A stretch of DNA of 64,000 nucleotides, taken from the NCBI GenBank assembly GCA_965219085.1, contig OZ244720.1:832001-896000 (forward strand), in the 5' to 3' direction. Shown here in pieces: positions 60,990-64,000 of this stretch. This stretch comes from Dehalococcoidia bacterium (lineage in GTDB: Bacteria > Chloroflexota > Dehalococcoidia > UBA2979). A program made the position numbers and the translations under genes. The stretch's first letter is position 1. Each line of letters starts with the position of its first letter. The notes below the pieces were generated by a model. The model ran no database searches and had not been told where the DNA came from. It saw nothing but the letters and a program-made list of their open reading frames with translations.

Positions 60990-61240
60990 AGGCGCCGCCG
61001 CCGCCGGCGCAGCAGACCCGGAGATCAGGAAGGAAGACCCGATCGCGAACGAAGCCACGCACGTGATGCCGAACACGGGCGACTGCGGCCGAGCTGCTGT
61101 CCCATCGAGGACGTCCACCAGCTGGCAGCGCCCCCTGGAAGCAGGATGTGCCTTCATGCACCGGGCCCGATGCGCGGCCCACAGACGAGTGCGGATAGAA
61201 GCTCGGCACAGGCTCCTCTGTTCGGAGATAACGCGCAGGC
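60990..61240 (+). ncRNA. Putative bridge/seek RNA (boundaries approximate)
   Basis: Target-matching GAGCTGCTG (61091-61099) and CCACCAGC (61115-61122) flank a GTCC/GGAC hairpin; donor-matching ATAGAAG (61195-61201) lies inside a TGTGCC/GGCACA stem. Confidence 0.7.
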
Positions 61241-61243
61241 GCG

Positions 61244-61395
61244 AGGTGGATGAGGCGCCACGCCGCCCGGGCAGGGAGGCCGCCACGTCGGCCTTGCAGA
61301 TCAGACCGTCCCTCATAGAAGGTGGATGAGGCGCCACGCCGCCCGGGCAGGGAGGCCGCCACGTCGGCCTTGCAGATCAGACCGTCCCTCATAGA
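61244..61395 (+). repeat. Exact 2 x 76-bp tandem repeat of the IS right end
   Basis: 61244-61319 equals 61320-61395. Confidence 0.92.
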
Positions 61396-62631
61396 AGCAG
61401 CTCGTCCGGGACCGCACCCGCCAGACCAAATCTGTACGTGGGTGATGACTGGGCCGAGGAGCACCACGATGTCCACCTCATGAACGAAGTGGGCGGACAG
61501 CTTGCTGCCAGGCAGTTGCCGGAGGGGGTTCGGGGCGTTACCGCGCTGCACGAACTGCTCGCGCAGCATGCATCAGAACCGGGCGAGGTCGTCATCGGTA
61601 TCGAGACCGACCGTGGGCCGTGGGTGTCCTCATTGCTCGCCGCCGGCTACCGCGTCTACGCAGTCAACCCGCGCTCAGTGGCCCGCTATCGCGACCGTCA
61701 CCACGTCGGCGGCGCGAAGTCCGATGCCGGCGACACGAAGCTCTTGGCCGACCTGGTACGCACGGACCGTCACAACCACCGCGAGGTCGCCGGCGACACC
61801 GACGAGGCTGCGGCTGTGCGCATCCTCGCACGCGCCCACCAGCAGTTTATTTGGGACCGCACGCGACAAACCAATCGGCTCCGCAACGGGCTCCGAGAGT
61901 ATTTCCCGGCGGCCCTGGAGGCCTTCCACGACCTCGCTCACGGCGACGCGGTGGGCGTGCTGGCAACGGCCCCGGACCCGCGCGCGGCGGCGCGGCTGAC
62001 CATGCCGCAGATCCGGGCCGCCCTCCGTCGAGGTGGCCGCCAGCGGTACATCGACCGCCGCGCCACCGAGATCCGCGACGCGCTGCGATCCCCGCAGCTC
62101 GAGGTGGCGCCCGTGGTGAGCAGTGCGTTCGCCGCGACCACCAGCGCGGTGGTAGGCCAGATCGGCCAGATCAATCATCGGATTAAGGAACTCGAGGCTG
62201 AACTGGCGAGCCATTTTGAGCAGCACCCGGACGCCACGATCTACCGCTCCATGCCCGGACTCGGTGTCGTGCTCGGCGCCCGGGTGCTCGGCGAGTTCGG
62301 GGATGACCCCGAACGCTACGAGTCGGCGAAGTCCGCAGGAACTACGCCGGCACCTCGCCGCTCACCGTAGCATCGGGGCGCAAGCGCACCGTGAAGGCCC
62401 GCTTCATCCGCAACCGGCGGCTCTCCGACGCCGCCAACCACTGGGCGATGTGCTCGCTGCGCGCGAGCCCGGCTTGCCGCGAGTTCTACGACCCGCGGCG
62501 CGCCGCCGGCGACCTGCACCACCAGGCGCTGCGTGCCCTCGGCAACCGCCTCGTCGGCTACCTCCATGGCTGCCTCAGGAATTGCACCCTCTACGACGAG
62601 GCCATCGCCTGGGCCCACCGTTCGGCTCTAG

Positions 62632-63924
62632 CAGGGTGCTGAAGAAGCGCCTTCCGGGGTCTCGGAGTGGCGAGAGGCGGCTTGAAGCCGCCTCCGGCTT
62701 CGTGATGGTGGCCTCCTGACCTGCCCCCGGGGGCCTCTGAGGGCTCCCGGACCGGCCGGAGGGCGCACTGCGCCTACGCAGGGGCGAGTTCGAGCCTGGC
62801 CATGCGCACGAGGTTGTAGGCGGCGGCGGTGAGCTCCAGCCAGCCGCGGTTGCGCTCGCGGCCCACGAAACGCAGCTTGCGCCCGCCGCCCACGGTCTTC
62901 ATCCAGCCGAAGACCTGCTCCACGATCTTGCGCCGCTGCTGACTCTGCCTGTAGCCGCGATGCCGCGTGGTGCGCCCGTCCACGGCGCTGCGGCGGCCGC
63001 GGTCGTTTTGCGCCACGTGCGGCGTCACGCCGCGCGCGCGCAGTTCCGCCACGAAGTCGCGCGTGTCGTAGCCGCGGTCGGCGCCCAGCGTCCCGCAGCC
63101 GCTCACGCTGCGCTCCAGCATCGTGACCGCGGCCTCGCGCTCGGCGTACCCGTTCGCCTCGGTCAACTCCACGTCCAGCACCAGGCCGTGACGGTTCTCG
63201 GTGAGCAGATGGCCCATGTAGCTCAGTTTCGCCGTCTGCCCCGCTCCCTTTGTGTACAGCTGCGCCTGCGGGTCGGTGCCGGAGCTATGCGTATCGCGGC
63301 TGCGCCGCCGCCCGCGGAAGTCCACGTCCGGGTTGCGTCCGCCCGGGGGTGGCTCCTGCCCGTCGCGCGGGCGGTAGCTCTTGAGCGAGGCCCAGGCCTC
63401 CAGCAGCGTCCCGTCCACGGTGAAGTGCTCGGCGGAGAGCAGCCGGCGGCGCTTTGCCTCGGCCACCACCTCGGCGAAGAAGGCGCGCGCGACATCGGCT
63501 GCGAGCAGGCGCTCGCGGTTCTTCGAGAAGCTCGAGGCGTCGAACGGCGCGTCTGAGATGTTGAGGTCCAAGAACCACTTGAAGAGCAGGTCGTAGCGCA
63601 GCCGCTCGCAGAACTGGCGCTCGCTGCGGATCGAGTAGAGCGCGATCAGCAGGCTCGCCTTGAGCAGGTGCTCGGGCGGGATCGAGGGCCGCCCGCTCGT
63701 TGCGTACATCGTGCCGAAGAGCGGCGAGAGCCGCTGCAGCGCTGCATCGACGATCGGCTTGATGCGTCGGATCGGGTGGTCGTCCGGGATGAAGGAGTCC
63801 GGCGTCACCGCCAGCAACATGTTGGTCTGGCGCTCGGCGTCGCCTCGCACGGGGCTGCCTCCCAGGCTACGCCCCCGCCGCCTTCGCTATCCTGCCAGAT
63901 GGCCGCGCCTTTTTCAGCACCCTG
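62632..63924 (-). mobile_element. IS5-family element (1293 bp), copy 2, inverted relative to copy 1
   Basis: Same IRs, CTAG duplication and length as 43715-45007. Confidence 0.95.
62774..63850 (-). CDS. IS5-family transposase (identical protein to 43789-44865)
   Basis: Identical 358-aa translation. Confidence 0.93.
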   Translation of the reverse strand: MRGDAERQTNMLLAVTPDSFIPDDHPIRRIKPIVDAALQRLSPLFGTMYATSGRPSIPPEHLLKASLLIALYSIRSERQFCERLRYDLLFKWFLDLNISDAPFDASSFSKNRERLLAADVARAFFAEVVAEAKRRRLLSAEHFTVDGTLLEAWASLKSYRPRDGQEPPPGGRNPDVDFRGRRRSRDTHSSGTDPQAQLYTKGAGQTAKLSYMGHLLTENRHGLVLDVELTEANGYAEREAAVTMLERSVSGCGTLGADRGYDTRDFVAELRARGVTPHVAQNDRGRRSAVDGRTTRHRGYRQSQQRRKIVEQVFGWMKTVGGGRKLRFVGRERNRGWLELTAAAYNLVRMARLELAPA

Positions 63925-64000
63925 CTAGAACAACCCGCCGCTTGACGGCTTAGGACCATGGGATGTCTACGCCCGCCCCTACTGCTCCAATGCCGAACGT

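Larger units (their letters stand above)
59783..61397 (+). mobile_element. IS110-superfamily, IS1111-type element with AG core and duplicated right end
   Basis: Sub-terminal IRs ATGAGGGCCGGTCT (59790) / AGACCGTCCCTCAT (61303, 61379); long 3' non-coding region. Confidence 0.85.
59759..61430 (+). pseudogene. Short IS110 transposase fragment split by the IS1111-type element
   Basis: Joining 59759-59784 to 61398-61430 reads RILARAHQQLVRDRTRQT, homologous to RILARAHQQFIWDRTRQT in the next transposase. Confidence 0.75.
61432..63945 (+). pseudogene. IS110 (IS900-like) transposase: start lost, frameshift near 62335, 3' end split by IS5
   Basis: YVGDDWAEEHHD, GIET, KSDAGD, PGLG..LGAR; WAHRSAL|EQPAA* across the IS5. 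Confidence 0.85.

Overview
High-GC accessory region. The gene style (giant cadherin/FN3 surface proteins, a large serine recombinase with a Zn ribbon) suggests a host-associated Chloroflexota-like bacterium, though this is inference only. The left half (1-34 kb) holds three giant modular secreted proteins, two of them IS-interrupted, and a decayed serine-recombinase island with an HTH cluster and a tRNA-Ile-like att core. It also has toxin-antitoxin pairs and a few housekeeping-type genes (DUF1015, LysR; panE follows at 34.8 kb). The right half (36-59 kb) is a defence island: KAP NTPase pseudogene, a type I RM operon carrying a PIN nuclease and a DUF433/DUF5615 pair, a coupled three-gene GHKL-ATPase cassette, a truncated DUF262 nuclease and a phosphatase/ADP-ribosylglycohydrolase module. 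The last 5 kb is a nested IS pile. In it, an IS1111-type bridge recombinase sits inside another IS110 transposase gene, its guide sequences are readable in its 3' non-coding region, and its right-end 76 bp are tandemly duplicated. All family assignments come from motifs recognised by eye; no searches were run.
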